From a virus, in IMG/VR virus record IMGVR_UViG_3300046457_000143, positions 13,935 to 77,934 of that record: a stretch of DNA of 64,000 nucleotides, one strand, 5' to 3'. Both the position numbers and the translations under genes were made by a program. Under the pieces are notes generated by a model, which saw only the letters and a program-made list of their open reading frames with translations, searched no databases and had not been told where the DNA came from. This document shows positions 37,157-46,104 of this stretch, one piece after another. Every line of letters starts with the position of its first letter. Within the stretch, counting starts at the first letter, position 1.

Positions 37157-39635
37157 CTGCTTTTCCTTTCATGGCGCTCATGACGAGCGATTTGATTGCC
37201 GCTTTGCGGTCGGGAAACTTCTTGATCATTTCAAGCGGTTCGCTGAACGTGAAAAGGAACCGGCCGAGCATTTCGTCCTTCTTGATGAGCTGCACCTTCT
37301 GGACGAAAGCCGGCTCTTCCAGCTTCTGCTGCTTGATGGCAAGGATCGGTGCACAGTCATCGGCCGACTTGCCGAGGTAGCTGGCAAGGTCGCTGACCTT
37401 CGCGTATTCGAGGCGATTGCACAGACGCTCCATCGCCGGATCGACACGCAACTTGTCGTAGCCGGGCAGCTTCACGCCGAGGTACTGCAGCAGCTCAACC
37501 TGATCCGGACGAACGTTGTACTGTTCTTCCAGCGCATTGAGCCGATGCTTGGTGCGGTACGTGGTGAATGCCGGATCCTGCACTGCATCCCACAGCTTGC
37601 GGCCGAGGTAGCGGGTGACATCGATGGCCCCACGCTTGATGGCCATGTTCTTCTCGATGCCGTTGCGCACGACCACACCGTGTTCCCTCTCCTCCTGGCT
37701 CAGATCCACGTAACCACCGTAGTGACTGAGCGAACCAGTGGAAGAGACACTGTCCACGTCGATATAGAAAAGCGGCGTGTCAGTCGTCACCAGGCCAGAC
37801 TTCATCTGCTTGATGCGGTAGATGTCCATCTTGCGAACACCCTCGTCCGTGTAGACGTTCGAGAGCGACATCAGCGCATTGGCCGTCTTCTGCTTCGACC
37901 CGGTAGCAACCGTCACCGGACTCTTGCGATTGGCGTTGCGCCGCTCGTTTTCCTCCCGGATCTCCGCTGCTCCGTCATCCCACTCATGGTTGAGTGTCAG
38001 GTCAACGACCGTCATCCCGGCATCGGTAAATGCCTTGACGATGGCGTCCTTGTTCTTGCAGATCGGCTCGATCTTGTAGACCCAGGTCTGCGGACGTTCC
38101 ATGATCGCCATGTCCGGGCAGCACTCGATGCTCATCTGGAGCTTGCGGGTGCGACTCGTCACGAACACGGTCGGCCGGTCGATGAGCATCCGGATCCGGT
38201 CGAACTCCTCGACATCCATGTAGCTCATCAGGGGTTGCCACCTGACCACAGCACCGGAGTGGATGAACCGTTTGGCGTGGTACATCTGCTCGGGCTTGAG
38301 CAGTTCCCGGTTCGCCAGGAACACACGCGAGAGTGGGCGCAGGATGAAGTGACGGGCAAAGGCCTGCTTCATCTCGACCTGGCGCGTCCAGTGTGCACCC
38401 CGAAGACGGGTACGCAGGTGGTGATAGGCCTTCGTGGCGGCCTTGTTGCTGAAGACCGTCGCACGCTTGAAACCTGCATGCTCGGCTTCCCGCAAGGCAC
38501 GCTCGTACTTCGCCCACTTCGCTGCACCGATCGGGTTGGACAGATATCGCTGCACCGCATACGGCTCGATGAAGTTGGAGAGGGGTGCCCGCGCTTCCAG
38601 TGTCTGGCGACTGGACAGTCCCTGCTTCAGCTTGTCGATGGCGTTTTTGATCGCACCGGGGATCTGCCTGAGAATGTCTTCCTCGATGCGGGCAACGAGG
38701 GCGACACACAGATCGACAATGCCGTTCTCCGTCATCTTCGAGCTCGAGAGCGACTCACGGGAAGGCGTGAGTGCCAGCGTGCCTGGTGCGGCCTGGATGA
38801 CCATACGGCCGAAGCCGACGATCTCCATGAACTCCAGCAGGAGCTTGGTGGCCTCATGCGTGCCTGGCGTCATCAGCATCGGGTAGATCACCGCACCGTA
38901 ACGCACGAACAGCTTGTGGTTGCCCATGTAACGGTCGTACCAGTTGTCGCTGTTCACATCGTAGGAACCAGGAGTGGAATCCAGCCCCAGGATCCTGAGC
39001 TTCATCGGCTCTTCGAAGTGACCTTCACGCATGAGCGTGGCGTTCATGTCGCCGTGCATCACCACGTAACGGATGTAGAGCAGGATCTGGTCGACGTGTT
39101 CTGCCTGCAACTGGATCCTGACCGTGATGCCGCTTTCTTCGGTCGGCACCGACATGACTGTCTGGATGGCTGGCAGGCCACCCGTTTCAACGCTGGCTTT
39201 CGTCAGGTTGTAGATGGTCTTCGTTCCCTGGTTCTGGTTGATCACCCGGAACGATTCGACATAGGCCCACGGCGACTTGGCACCGAGGCCAAAACCACCG
39301 GTGACCATGAGCTTCTTGCGCTTGTCGCTGCCGCCATACGTGCCATAGACGACCGGGAACTTCTCCTTGGGGATGCCAAGGCCGGCGTCCTTGATGACCA
39401 GCTCCAGTGACTCGGTGATGGTGATCTGCAGCGGCGTGTCCGTCGTGCCAGCTTCGATGTTGGCGTCCCATGCGTTGCACAGGACTTCACGGATCATGGC
39501 GAGCTGCTGGTTCGAGTACAGGTTGGACGAAAGCATCATCAGGAAGCCTGCGTCCTCGACCATGCCAACCGCTACTGTTTCCTGCGCACCGAGCGTGGCT
39601 GCGGTGGCTTGCCCTTGGGCGTCTGCGACTTCCAT
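37146..39635 (-). CDS. rIIA-like protein (GHKL-type ATPase N-domain)
   Basis: LYSNQQLAMIREVLCNAWDA, DAGLGI, GGFGLGAKSPWAY. Confidence 0.9.
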   Translation of the reverse strand: MEVADAQGQATAATLGAQETVAVGMVEDAGFLMMLSSNLYSNQQLAMIREVLCNAWDANIEAGTTDTPLQITITESLELVIKDAGLGIPKEKFPVVYGTYGGSDKRKKLMVTGGFGLGAKSPWAYVESFRVINQNQGTKTIYNLTKASVETGGLPAIQTVMSVPTEESGITVRIQLQAEHVDQILLYIRYVVMHGDMNATLMREGHFEEPMKLRILGLDSTPGSYDVNSDNWYDRYMGNHKLFVRYGAVIYPMLMTPGTHEATKLLLEFMEIVGFGRMVIQAAPGTLALTPSRESLSSSKMTENGIVDLCVALVARIEEDILRQIPGAIKNAIDKLKQGLSSRQTLEARAPLSNFIEPYAVQRYLSNPIGAAKWAKYERALREAEHAGFKRATVFSNKAATKAYHHLRTRLRGAHWTRQVEMKQAFARHFILRPLSRVFLANRELLKPEQMYHAKRFIHSGAVVRWQPLMSYMDVEEFDRIRMLIDRPTVFVTSRTRKLQMSIECCPDMAIMERPQTWVYKIEPICKNKDAIVKAFTDAGMTVVDLTLNHEWDDGAAEIREENERRNANRKSPVTVATGSKQKTANALMSLSNVYTDEGVRKMDIYRIKQMKSGLVTTDTPLFYIDVDSVSSTGSLSHYGGYVDLSQEEREHGVVVRNGIEKNMAIKRGAIDVTRYLGRKLWDAVQDPAFTTYRTKHRLNALEEQYNVRPDQVELLQYLGVKLPGYDKLRVDPAMERLCNRLEYAKVSDLASYLGKSADDCAPILAIKQQKLEEPAFVQKVQLIKKDEMLGRFLFTFSEPLEMIKKFPDRKAAIKSLVMSAMKGKADEQ

Positions 39636-39638
39636 TTG

Positions 39639-39977
39639 CTAGTTCCTTGTGAGAGGGGTGAATTGAAACTTGAGAGGCGGTTTGTAGTGCTCTTCCCAAT
39701 CGGCATCGACGATCCAGCTGCGTACCCATGCAGGCTCGTGGGACCGGCGTAATCCGTGCTCGTCTATGAACGACTCGATAGACGGGTGTTGCATTTCGAC
39801 GTAGTGCCTGAACGGCGGCTGGGCCTGGTCATGCGGAAACGGCAGCAGGACAAAGCCATGCAGGGCCAGCGCCAGGATCATCTGGTTGTTCCATTCGGCG
39901 CCCCCGTTGTTCCAGCCGGGGCCAGTGCCGACAAACACCTTGTCTATCGTTTCTCGGTACTCCTGTTCGGTTTTCAT
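39639..39977 (-). CDS. Hypothetical protein
   Basis: 112-aa ORF, AAGGAG RBS, downstream of a promoter motif. Confidence 0.65.
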   Translation of the reverse strand: MKTEQEYRETIDKVFVGTGPGWNNGGAEWNNQMILALALHGFVLLPFPHDQAQPPFRHYVEMQHPSIESFIDEHGLRRSHEPAWVRSWIVDADWEEHYKPPLKFQFTPLTRN

Positions 39978-40002
39978 GGTGGGTTTCTCCTTTGAGTAGC
40001 TA

Positions 40003-40021
40003 CCTCAAAGAAATATCTAAT
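40003..40021 (-). promoter_or_regulatory. Putative RNAP II (middle) promoter
   Basis: ATTAGATATTTCTTTGAGG directly after a terminator. Confidence 0.65.
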
Positions 40022-40029
40022 CAAAGGAC

Positions 40030-40061
40030 AAAAAAGAGGGGCACCGGTTAAAGTGCCCCTA
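40030..40061 (-). terminator. Intrinsic terminator after thyX
   Basis: AGGGGCAC/GTGCCCCT stem with a T-run on the - strand. Confidence 0.75.
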
Positions 40062-40124
40062 AAACGGTTGGCATGTTGGGGCTTGCACCCCGAAAAAACA
40101 ATTCAACCTCCCACAAACTTAATT

Positions 40125-41111
40125 CTAACCAGGTACGAACTCTCCCGGCAACATCTTTCGGTACTGTTGCCATCCGGTGAAGTTGCCGTGCAGCTCCGGA
40201 TGCTTGTAGGCAGGCCCAAGTGTCCGGGGGTCCGCGTAGGTGAAAACTTCGTCCGGTGTGGCCTGATGCTCTGCCGGCGAAGCGTGCAGCGGCTCGGCCA
40301 CCACCAGCCTGTCATGCAGGCCGGCGTCTTCCTCGACGGTGGTCCTGCGGCCGTCATGGGTGAGATAGCTGACACGGGCACAGCGGGCGGTACTGACCTT
40401 GCGTAGCACCTTGTAGATCTCTTCCTTGCGAGGCATGTCGCGGGTGGCGCGGCCTTCCTGGCAATACCGGGTAGCTTCGACCCAGTCTTCAGCGAGGTTG
40501 ATGTAGGGCAGGTGCCACTCGCCTACATTGACCAGCTGGGGAACTGACAGCAGCATCGCGTGCTGCATCAGGTCTGACAGCTCCTTGATCTCCGGCTGCG
40601 CATCGGCATGCGAGCGGAGATTGAAGAAGTTGGCATAGCTCGTGGCCGTACAGACCACATTGATGTGTGCCCATGGTTCGAGCAGCCGGTTAGCGATCTG
40701 CTTGTGCAAGCCGATTTCCATCATCGCTTTCACATGCTTGACCACGTCATCCAGTGCATCGAGCCAGTGACAGGAAGCGAGCAGCTTTGCTTCCGGGTCC
40801 AGCTCTTCACGGGCCTGCATGCCCGGTTGATTCTTACCCCAGTGCAGCGGTACGACAGGATCACGCAGAATGTCCTCGATCATCCGGTTCACCGGAATGG
40901 CACGGCTGGATGAGGCATTGCGTGAAAAACCCTTGTCGTACATCAGCCCGTCATGCAGCGCTTCGTAGATGACCGCCTCCGGAGTCGAACTCAGGATGCG
41001 GTGCGTCAGCTCTTCCGCATGAATGAATCGCGGATAGCGAAGCTGGAACGTAGTCAACCGCTGGCCAGAGGGGCTGATGGAGTCTGCAATGGTTTTGACG
41101 GTGATGGTCAT
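40125..41111 (-). CDS. thyX: FAD-dependent thymidylate synthase
   Basis: PRFIHAEELTHR...SRNASSSRAIP, HKQIANRLLEP, NFFNLR..ADAQPEI, HASPAEH. Confidence 0.9.
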   Translation of the reverse strand: MTITVKTIADSISPSGQRLTTFQLRYPRFIHAEELTHRILSSTPEAVIYEALHDGLMYDKGFSRNASSSRAIPVNRMIEDILRDPVVPLHWGKNQPGMQAREELDPEAKLLASCHWLDALDDVVKHVKAMMEIGLHKQIANRLLEPWAHINVVCTATSYANFFNLRSHADAQPEIKELSDLMQHAMLLSVPQLVNVGEWHLPYINLAEDWVEATRYCQEGRATRDMPRKEEIYKVLRKVSTARCARVSYLTHDGRRTTVEEDAGLHDRLVVAEPLHASPAEHQATPDEVFTYADPRTLGPAYKHPELHGNFTGWQQYRKMLPGEFVPG

Positions 41112-41596
41112 TGATAACGGTCCTTCAATAGACGGAGATTGTTCAGGGTGAATTGAATCCCGCCTACGAACCCCTGCACCTGTTGATACATCTCAAGTTG
41201 CTGCCGTCTTGTGGTTGCGGCCTGGAGATCGTCGGTGAGGTTCAACGCTGCTTTTAACTGTCCCAGCTCGTCCCCGTTACAACCGAACTTGCCGAGACGT
41301 TCGTACCGCTCACCCACGGCGATAAGGCTGCCCAAAGCAGGCAAGAAGACTTCTTTCTCAAGAGTCTGCTTACCTTCTTCGTCAGCGAACGCTGCGAGTG
41401 ATGCCCCGACCAGTGTCCGGAAGGACACGGTCAGGTACTCTTCTTCCCCGCCCCGGCCTTGCACAATCGCTTCCAGATGTGCGTGGGGAATCAGTGCGAG
41501 ATTCAGCTCCTCCTCCTTGCTGTTGCGAAAGAGGATCGACTGACGCACGAACTTCTTGCGTGACTGGTGAAATTGGGGGCGTGGCATATCAATCAA
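41108..41596 (-). CDS. Hypothetical protein
   Basis: 162-aa ORF overlap-coupled on both sides. Confidence 0.6.
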   Translation of the reverse strand: MIDMPRPQFHQSRKKFVRQSILFRNSKEEELNLALIPHAHLEAIVQGRGGEEEYLTVSFRTLVGASLAAFADEEGKQTLEKEVFLPALGSLIAVGERYERLGKFGCNGDELGQLKAALNLTDDLQAATTRRQQLEMYQQVQGFVGGIQFTLNNLRLLKDRYQ

Positions 41597-41835
41597 CCTT
41601 TCTTGTAAAGCGGTGTTCCAACTGGAACGTCTTCAGCCTTGTAGACCACAATGGTCCAGGCATCGGTACCCGGCATGGCACTGGCAACGCCTGCCTGCTT
41701 GAAACCTTCCGGATGCTCCGGGACTGGCAGACCCAGTTCCTTGCGGCAGCGGCCCACAGCACCCAGGATTAGCTGGGCGGCCGCCTCGACACCGTCAGTG
41801 AAGGTGGTGGCTGCCTGTTTATCTTTCTGGATCAT
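41593..41835 (-). CDS. Hypothetical protein
   Basis: 80-aa ORF in a tightly packed operon. Confidence 0.6.
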   Translation of the reverse strand: MIQKDKQAATTFTDGVEAAAQLILGAVGRCRKELGLPVPEHPEGFKQAGVASAMPGTDAWTIVVYKAEDVPVGTPLYKKG

Positions 41836-41842
41836 TGACTGA

Positions 41843-42061
41843 TCACTCCCAGCCTGCGATTTCGGTCACACGGGCGAGCTCGTCTTCCGTCACCTGTTCC
41901 GGCTCTCCTGCTGCAGCCAGATCGTTCATGAAGTCGTGCAGCTTGTCGCTGGCCCGATCGCTGATGCCATCCGGGCACAGCGCCTTCTCAAGCGCACCGA
42001 GTGCACCCCAGTACGCTATGCGTGCAGCGACGGCCGCACGTAACAGTTCAAGGTTGTCCAT
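41843..42061 (-). CDS. Hypothetical protein
   Basis: 72-aa ORF, GAAGGA RBS. Confidence 0.6.
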   Translation of the reverse strand: MDNLELLRAAVAARIAYWGALGALEKALCPDGISDRASDKLHDFMNDLAAAGEPEQVTEDELARVTEIAGWE

Positions 42062-42209
42062 CTTTACGTCCTTCGAGTTTGGCCAGATCCTTTTCGCACT
42101 GCTCGTAGATGGCCTTGGCCTTGGCTTGATCGCCGTCTTCGAGCGCCTGGTAGAGCTGCGAGCCGGGAGCGACCTTCACATCCCGGTACGTCTTGCAGTT
42201 GCGGTGCAT
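42048..42209 (-). CDS. Hypothetical protein (53 aa)
   Basis: Read by hand: MHRNCKTYRDVKVAPGSQLYQALEDG...; GGAGG RBS. Confidence 0.6.
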   Translation of the reverse strand: MHRNCKTYRDVKVAPGSQLYQALEDGDQAKAKAIYEQCEKDLAKLEGRKDGQP

Positions 42210-42700
42210 CAGAACCTCCGTTTTCCCTGATAGAAGGCGAGCTTGGCTTTCGCCCGCTCGGTTTTCTTGCTGGCCAGGGCGCCGTTCTTTGCCCTTGGTT
42301 CCGGTTCATCCTGAGCCAGCGGAGGAAGACGGGCTTCCATGGCCAGCAGCTCGTCGATCAGACCGGGGTTGCTGAACGGTCCCTGAACGCCGATCCCTTT
42401 GATTCGTACCGGCTCGGTGTAGATGTCGTCGATGATCATCATCTGGACCTCACCTTTTTCCATCCAGATCTTGCGGCCGATGCACACCGAGGTGAGGTCA
42501 CCGTAGCCAGGCGTGGCGAAGTCCACGCCCAACACAAGCTGTTCGAGAAAGGACTTGCCAGGTTCGCGGATCTGCGAAGCGAGCATGCGTTTCTCGATCT
42601 CTGCAAAGTCGAGCTGGTCGAGCCATTCGAGCGTCCTGCGGTGATAGTTCTCCAGCATGATCTCGGGCTTGTAGAGGGAGACGAATTCGCTGAATTTCAT
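42209..42700 (-). CDS. Hypothetical protein
   Basis: ATGA-coupled ORF starting MKFSEFV. Confidence 0.6.
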   Translation of the reverse strand: MKFSEFVSLYKPEIMLENYHRRTLEWLDQLDFAEIEKRMLASQIREPGKSFLEQLVLGVDFATPGYGDLTSVCIGRKIWMEKGEVQMMIIDDIYTEPVRIKGIGVQGPFSNPGLIDELLAMEARLPPLAQDEPEPRAKNGALASKKTERAKAKLAFYQGKRRF

Positions 42701-42936
42701 TCGTCCACCAGCGTGCACATGTTGACCGGCCAGAGCCCGCCGTCTTCGTCGACCACGAGCATCACGCCGTTGGCGTTCGTGCGCGTGAGCTGGCTGTTCC
42801 AGTCCACCACGCTGCCGCTGCCGCCGCTGTAGTCCGGCACACCAGCATCGCTCCAGCCCGTCACTTCCGCCGTCACGTTCACGGTATCCGCGGTGCCCAC
42901 GATGCGCAGCCCGGTGGGTGCTCTCATCTGTTTCAT
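42697..42936 (-). CDS. Hypothetical protein
   Basis: 79-aa ORF, GGAG RBS. Confidence 0.6.
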   Translation of the reverse strand: MKQMRAPTGLRIVGTADTVNVTAEVTGWSDAGVPDYSGGSGSVVDWNSQLTRTNANGVMLVVDEDGGLWPVNMCTLVDE

Positions 42937-42945
42937 CCCTGGCTC

Positions 42946-43260
42946 CTAGCTGTGGTGGGTGTATTTCGTACCGTCTTCACGGGAGACGGCTGCCATCGTG
43001 AAGCCACGCGTGCCCTGCGGAGCGTCGGCATCGCGGTACGTCAGACAGACCTCTACATCGTCCATGCCCGACTTGCCGACCTGAATGCCACCGTTGACAT
43101 GGGAATCCTTGGTCGAGCTGGTCATTCCGTAGAACACCATGTAGCCGAGCGCCTTGAGAAAGGCTTCGTGTTGCTGCGCTGCCTGGGGGAACTTGCCGTG
43201 ATCGAAGACCAGCTTCTCGCTGTCGAAGTGGATCTCGAGAGTCCGTTTGACGAATGCCAT
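42946..43260 (-). CDS. Hypothetical protein
   Basis: 104-aa ORF with strong RBS. Confidence 0.65.
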   Translation of the reverse strand: MAFVKRTLEIHFDSEKLVFDHGKFPQAAQQHEAFLKALGYMVFYGMTSSTKDSHVNGGIQVGKSGMDDVEVCLTYRDADAPQGTRGFTMAAVSREDGTKYTHHS

Positions 43261-43275
43261 GTCCTGCTCCTTGGT

Positions 43276-43731
43276 TCAGGCCGCTACTGCGTCCTGTGCA
43301 ACTTCGATCGGCATGTGGTAGATCGGGCAATTGCCGTCCTTTTCCTCGCCGTACCAGCACAACAGGTGTTGGCCCGCCTGGTTGCGCTTCCACATCTTGC
43401 CGGGGTACACACCGGAAGGGATCGACGTGTCGTAGCTCGATAGCTTCTTGAAGTCCTGCGGATCGAGCAGTGCCTTGCCGTCACGGATGAAAATCATCTG
43501 ACGGTCAGGCTGCGACCAGTGTTTGCCGAGCGGATCGGTCATCTCGGGGATGATGTCGACACCGTTCATCGGCTTGGCCGTACCGTCGATCGCTTCCTTG
43601 CGCTTGACATCGGCACGCACGTTGCGAATGTGTTGCAGCAGGCTTTCCTCGCTGAACGGATGGCCTTCGATGGTGTGGTGGTTGCCCAGCCACGTCTCAA
43701 TCTGGTCCAGCAGTTTGTCGTTCGTCTTCAC
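43276..43731 (-). CDS. Hypothetical protein
   Basis: GTG start after GGAG; MTDPLGKHWSQP...YDTSIPSGVYPGKMWK is a recurrent phage motif. Confidence 0.65.
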   Translation of the reverse strand: MKTNDKLLDQIETWLGNHHTIEGHPFSEESLLQHIRNVRADVKRKEAIDGTAKPMNGVDIIPEMTDPLGKHWSQPDRQMIFIRDGKALLDPQDFKKLSSYDTSIPSGVYPGKMWKRNQAGQHLLCWYGEEKDGNCPIYHMPIEVAQDAVAA

Positions 43732-43754
43732 TGATTTCTCCCGTTTACCAATAG

Positions 43755-43787
43755 AAAAGGGGCGAGAATCTTTCGACACTCACCCCT
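43755..43787 (-). terminator. Intrinsic terminator closing the candidate ncRNA
   Basis: GGGGTGAG...GAAA...CTCGCCCC-TTTT. Confidence 0.7.
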
Positions 43788-43945
43788 GATGAATCATCTT
43801 GGAGCACTCTGACAACCGGGCCGAATCCCATTTGTTCCGCGTTGACAGTGGACCACGCTCACGCAATGCCCTGCGTAAGACTCTTAGGTGGCCTTGCCTC
43901 CAGCGGCGTCAGCCAGAGTGCTCGAAGATGACAACCTTGCTTGCT
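43755..43945 (-). ncRNA. Candidate rod-like structured RNA (~190 nt)
   Basis: 18-bp terminal helix with one mismatch (43794-43811 with 43914-43931) enclosing nested G-U helices; own promoter motif and terminator. Confidence 0.6.
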
Positions 43946-43964
43946 CCTCAAAGTTATATCTAAT
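43946..43964 (-). promoter_or_regulatory. Putative RNAP II (middle) promoter
   Basis: ATTAGATATAACTTTGAGG directly after a terminator. Confidence 0.65.
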
Positions 43965-43975
43965 ATACGATCAAT

Positions 43976-43996
43976 AAAAAGCCCCTGTCAAGGGAC
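43976..43996 (-). terminator. Intrinsic terminator
   Basis: GTCCCT-TGAC-AGGGGC-TTTTT. Confidence 0.7.
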
Positions 43997-44049
43997 TTGC
44001 TGGCGGGGGAACCCCAAACAAACAAAGATGGGGTGCCCCCGCTGTGACC

Positions 44050-44253
44050 TCAGTCGTCCACTTCTGCTGTGGCCTTCGCCCGGTATCTGACGAATGCGTA
44101 CTTGAACTGCCGGTCCATGTTGTCCCGGCAGGGGCCGCACCACCAGCGGTACTCCGTATCGAGCAGGGACCAGGCGTTATCGCACCCGCAGCTGCTACAC
44201 CGAGGCAATAGCTGAGACGGGCTCGTCTCGCTGGTTTTGGTACTTTCCGTCAT
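44050..44253 (-). CDS. Small Zn-ribbon protein
   Basis: CSSC...CGPC pair; start uncertain. Confidence 0.5.
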   Translation of the reverse strand: MTESTKTSETSPSQLLPRCSSCGCDNAWSLLDTEYRWWCGPCRDNMDRQFKYAFVRYRAKATAEVDD

Positions 44254-44719
44254 ACCGTTGATGCTCCTTCGTCTGGTGAAACACGACCTGAGCGATCGCG
44301 GCGCCCTGCGGAATGACCAGGCCACCGCTGCCGTGGTAGACGAGTTCGAGTGTCAGGAATCCCTTCCACCCTGGCTCGATCACGGTATTGAATACGCTCA
44401 GGCCTTGCCGTGCCCAGGTGGACTTGTCGTGCACGATGCCGATCATGTCGGTCGGCATGTCGAACTCTTCGATGGCCGAGGCGATGATGAACTGACCGTG
44501 CGAGCGGCGGTAAGCGGTCACCTTCCCTTCCTGGTTCCGCTCGGTCGAGATCACGTACCGCTCGCTCCAGCTCTTCTGCACGAACTGGATCTCCTGCTTG
44601 ATACGGATGTCGTATCCCGCTTCACCCAGGCCACGGCTGACGCCATGCTCGTGCACCTTGTAGCCGATCATGTCCTTGATCGGCTGCCTGAGAACCAGTC
44701 CTACTCCGTTTATCACCAT
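44195..44719 (-). CDS. dcd: dCTP deaminase (N4 gp26-like)
   Basis: GYDIRI, HDKSTWARQG, IEPGWKGFLTLEL, YDGKYQNQ. Confidence 0.88.
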   Translation of the reverse strand: MVINGVGLVLRQPIKDMIGYKVHEHGVSRGLGEAGYDIRIKQEIQFVQKSWSERYVISTERNQEGKVTAYRRSHGQFIIASAIEEFDMPTDMIGIVHDKSTWARQGLSVFNTVIEPGWKGFLTLELVYHGSGGLVIPQGAAIAQVVFHQTKEHQRYDGKYQNQRDEPVSAIASV

Positions 44720-44725
44720 GTTGGG

Positions 44726-45871
44726 TCACTCGCTGATGTGGACTACGTCACCGAAGCTGGGCGTGTGTCCGTGCTTGCTCTTCAGACACACCCACAGAAC
44801 CGGAATCTCATCCAGACCGGTGGGGTCCATCGGTGAGCATTCCATGTCGGAAAAGATGATAGCAGCGGTCGGCTTCTCTTCCAACATATCTCTACGGACA
44901 CAGTCCAGACTCGTACCTCCCCGACCGATGATTTCGAGTTTCTCGAACTCGTCGTCTTCTTCCCACACGTCGATCCGCTGGATCTTCGTGTCGAACTGGA
45001 CCACGGAAAGTTTTTCCGGTCGGAACGTGTCTTTCACAAACTTGAGTTCGGATTTGAACCGCACCGCATGACTCATGCGGATCGATCCTGACACGTCGAT
45101 GTACCAGCGCAGGTTTTCCAGCCGGCCCATCTCCAGCTTGCGGCCGGGCAGGTAGATGTCATCGAAGCGGCGATTGGGCTTGGCCCAGGTGTAGTCCTCG
45201 TCGAGCAGCTCCGAGAACCAGCGCTGCAGCACGGTCTGCCAGGGAATGACCGGCTTCAGGAACTGTTCAACCAGCTCCCTGATATCACCGGGGACATGCC
45301 CTGCCCCGCTCATCTTCGCGTGCTGGATGGCGGTCACCACCTTGGACACCACCTGATTCTTCTTGGCGTTGTCCATCGGGAACATGTCCACGCCGGTGCC
45401 CGGCCCCCATGCGCCGAAGTTCGGTACTCGGGGTTGGGCCATGATCTTGTCGTAGACATCTTCTTCGGCCATGCCGTCGTACTGGCTATCGAGCAATCCG
45501 CCGAACTTGAAGTCGCACCGCTCCTTCTCCAGATCGCCGTTGATGATGTAGTCGCAGGCCTGATTCCATCCTTCCGGATCGCGGTTGCCGGCCCGCACCA
45601 TGTGCAGCCGTGCGACGTGCCACAGCTCATGACGCAGCACCGTGTTGCGGTTCTCCGGAGCCAGGGTGAGAAACCAGTCCGGGTTCCACCAGAGGTTGAT
45701 GCCGTCGGTGGCCGCCGTGGGAATCTCCCGCGTCCAGGCGAACTCCAGGCTCGACATGATCGAGCCGAGGAAAGCCGCCGTATCCGACTTGAGAAACACA
45801 CTGCTCTTCGTAATGTCGAGCAGCTTGTTCAGGACGCGTAGATCCATGCTGGCCGGGTCGGCAGCTTGCAT
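44726..45871 (-). CDS. Metallopeptidase/vWA domain protein (N4 gp25-like)
   Basis: TAATDG, HELWH (HExxH), DVSGS MIDAS motif, GRGGT, FSD. Confidence 0.88.
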   Translation of the reverse strand: MQAADPASMDLRVLNKLLDITKSSVFLKSDTAAFLGSIMSSLEFAWTREIPTAATDGINLWWNPDWFLTLAPENRNTVLRHELWHVARLHMVRAGNRDPEGWNQACDYIINGDLEKERCDFKFGGLLDSQYDGMAEEDVYDKIMAQPRVPNFGAWGPGTGVDMFPMDNAKKNQVVSKVVTAIQHAKMSGAGHVPGDIRELVEQFLKPVIPWQTVLQRWFSELLDEDYTWAKPNRRFDDIYLPGRKLEMGRLENLRWYIDVSGSIRMSHAVRFKSELKFVKDTFRPEKLSVVQFDTKIQRIDVWEEDDEFEKLEIIGRGGTSLDCVRRDMLEEKPTAAIIFSDMECSPMDPTGLDEIPVLWVCLKSKHGHTPSFGDVVHISE

Positions 45872-45886
45872 ACTCTTCTCCTTGGT

Positions 45887-46102
45887 TCAAAAAATGGCAA
45901 TGCGGCCGTCGCTGTCCTGGCCATCGAGACGATTGCCCCACTTGATGTCCAGCTGCGCCGGGCGGGGATAGATCCACGAGACACTGCGGCAGCTCTCGGT
46001 CTGACATTCCAGACCCAGGTTTGCCTCCGCATCGCTCGTGAAGATCTTGAACAGCTCCCCGCCGCAACCCCCGCACTTCATCTGCTTGAGGTCGGTGTAC
46101 AT
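45887..46102 (-). CDS. Small Zn-ribbon protein
   Basis: MYTDLKQMKCGGCGG...CQTESC; fills the gap between the AAA and vWA genes. Confidence 0.6.
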   Translation of the reverse strand: MYTDLKQMKCGGCGGELFKIFTSDAEANLGLECQTESCRSVSWIYPRPAQLDIKWGNRLDGQDSDGRIAIF

Positions 46103-46104
46103 GC

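Noticed and set aside
26095-39410. Long + strand ORFs (561, 543, 758 aa) opposite primase, helicase and rIIA
   Set aside because: Antisense shadows with no recognisable domains
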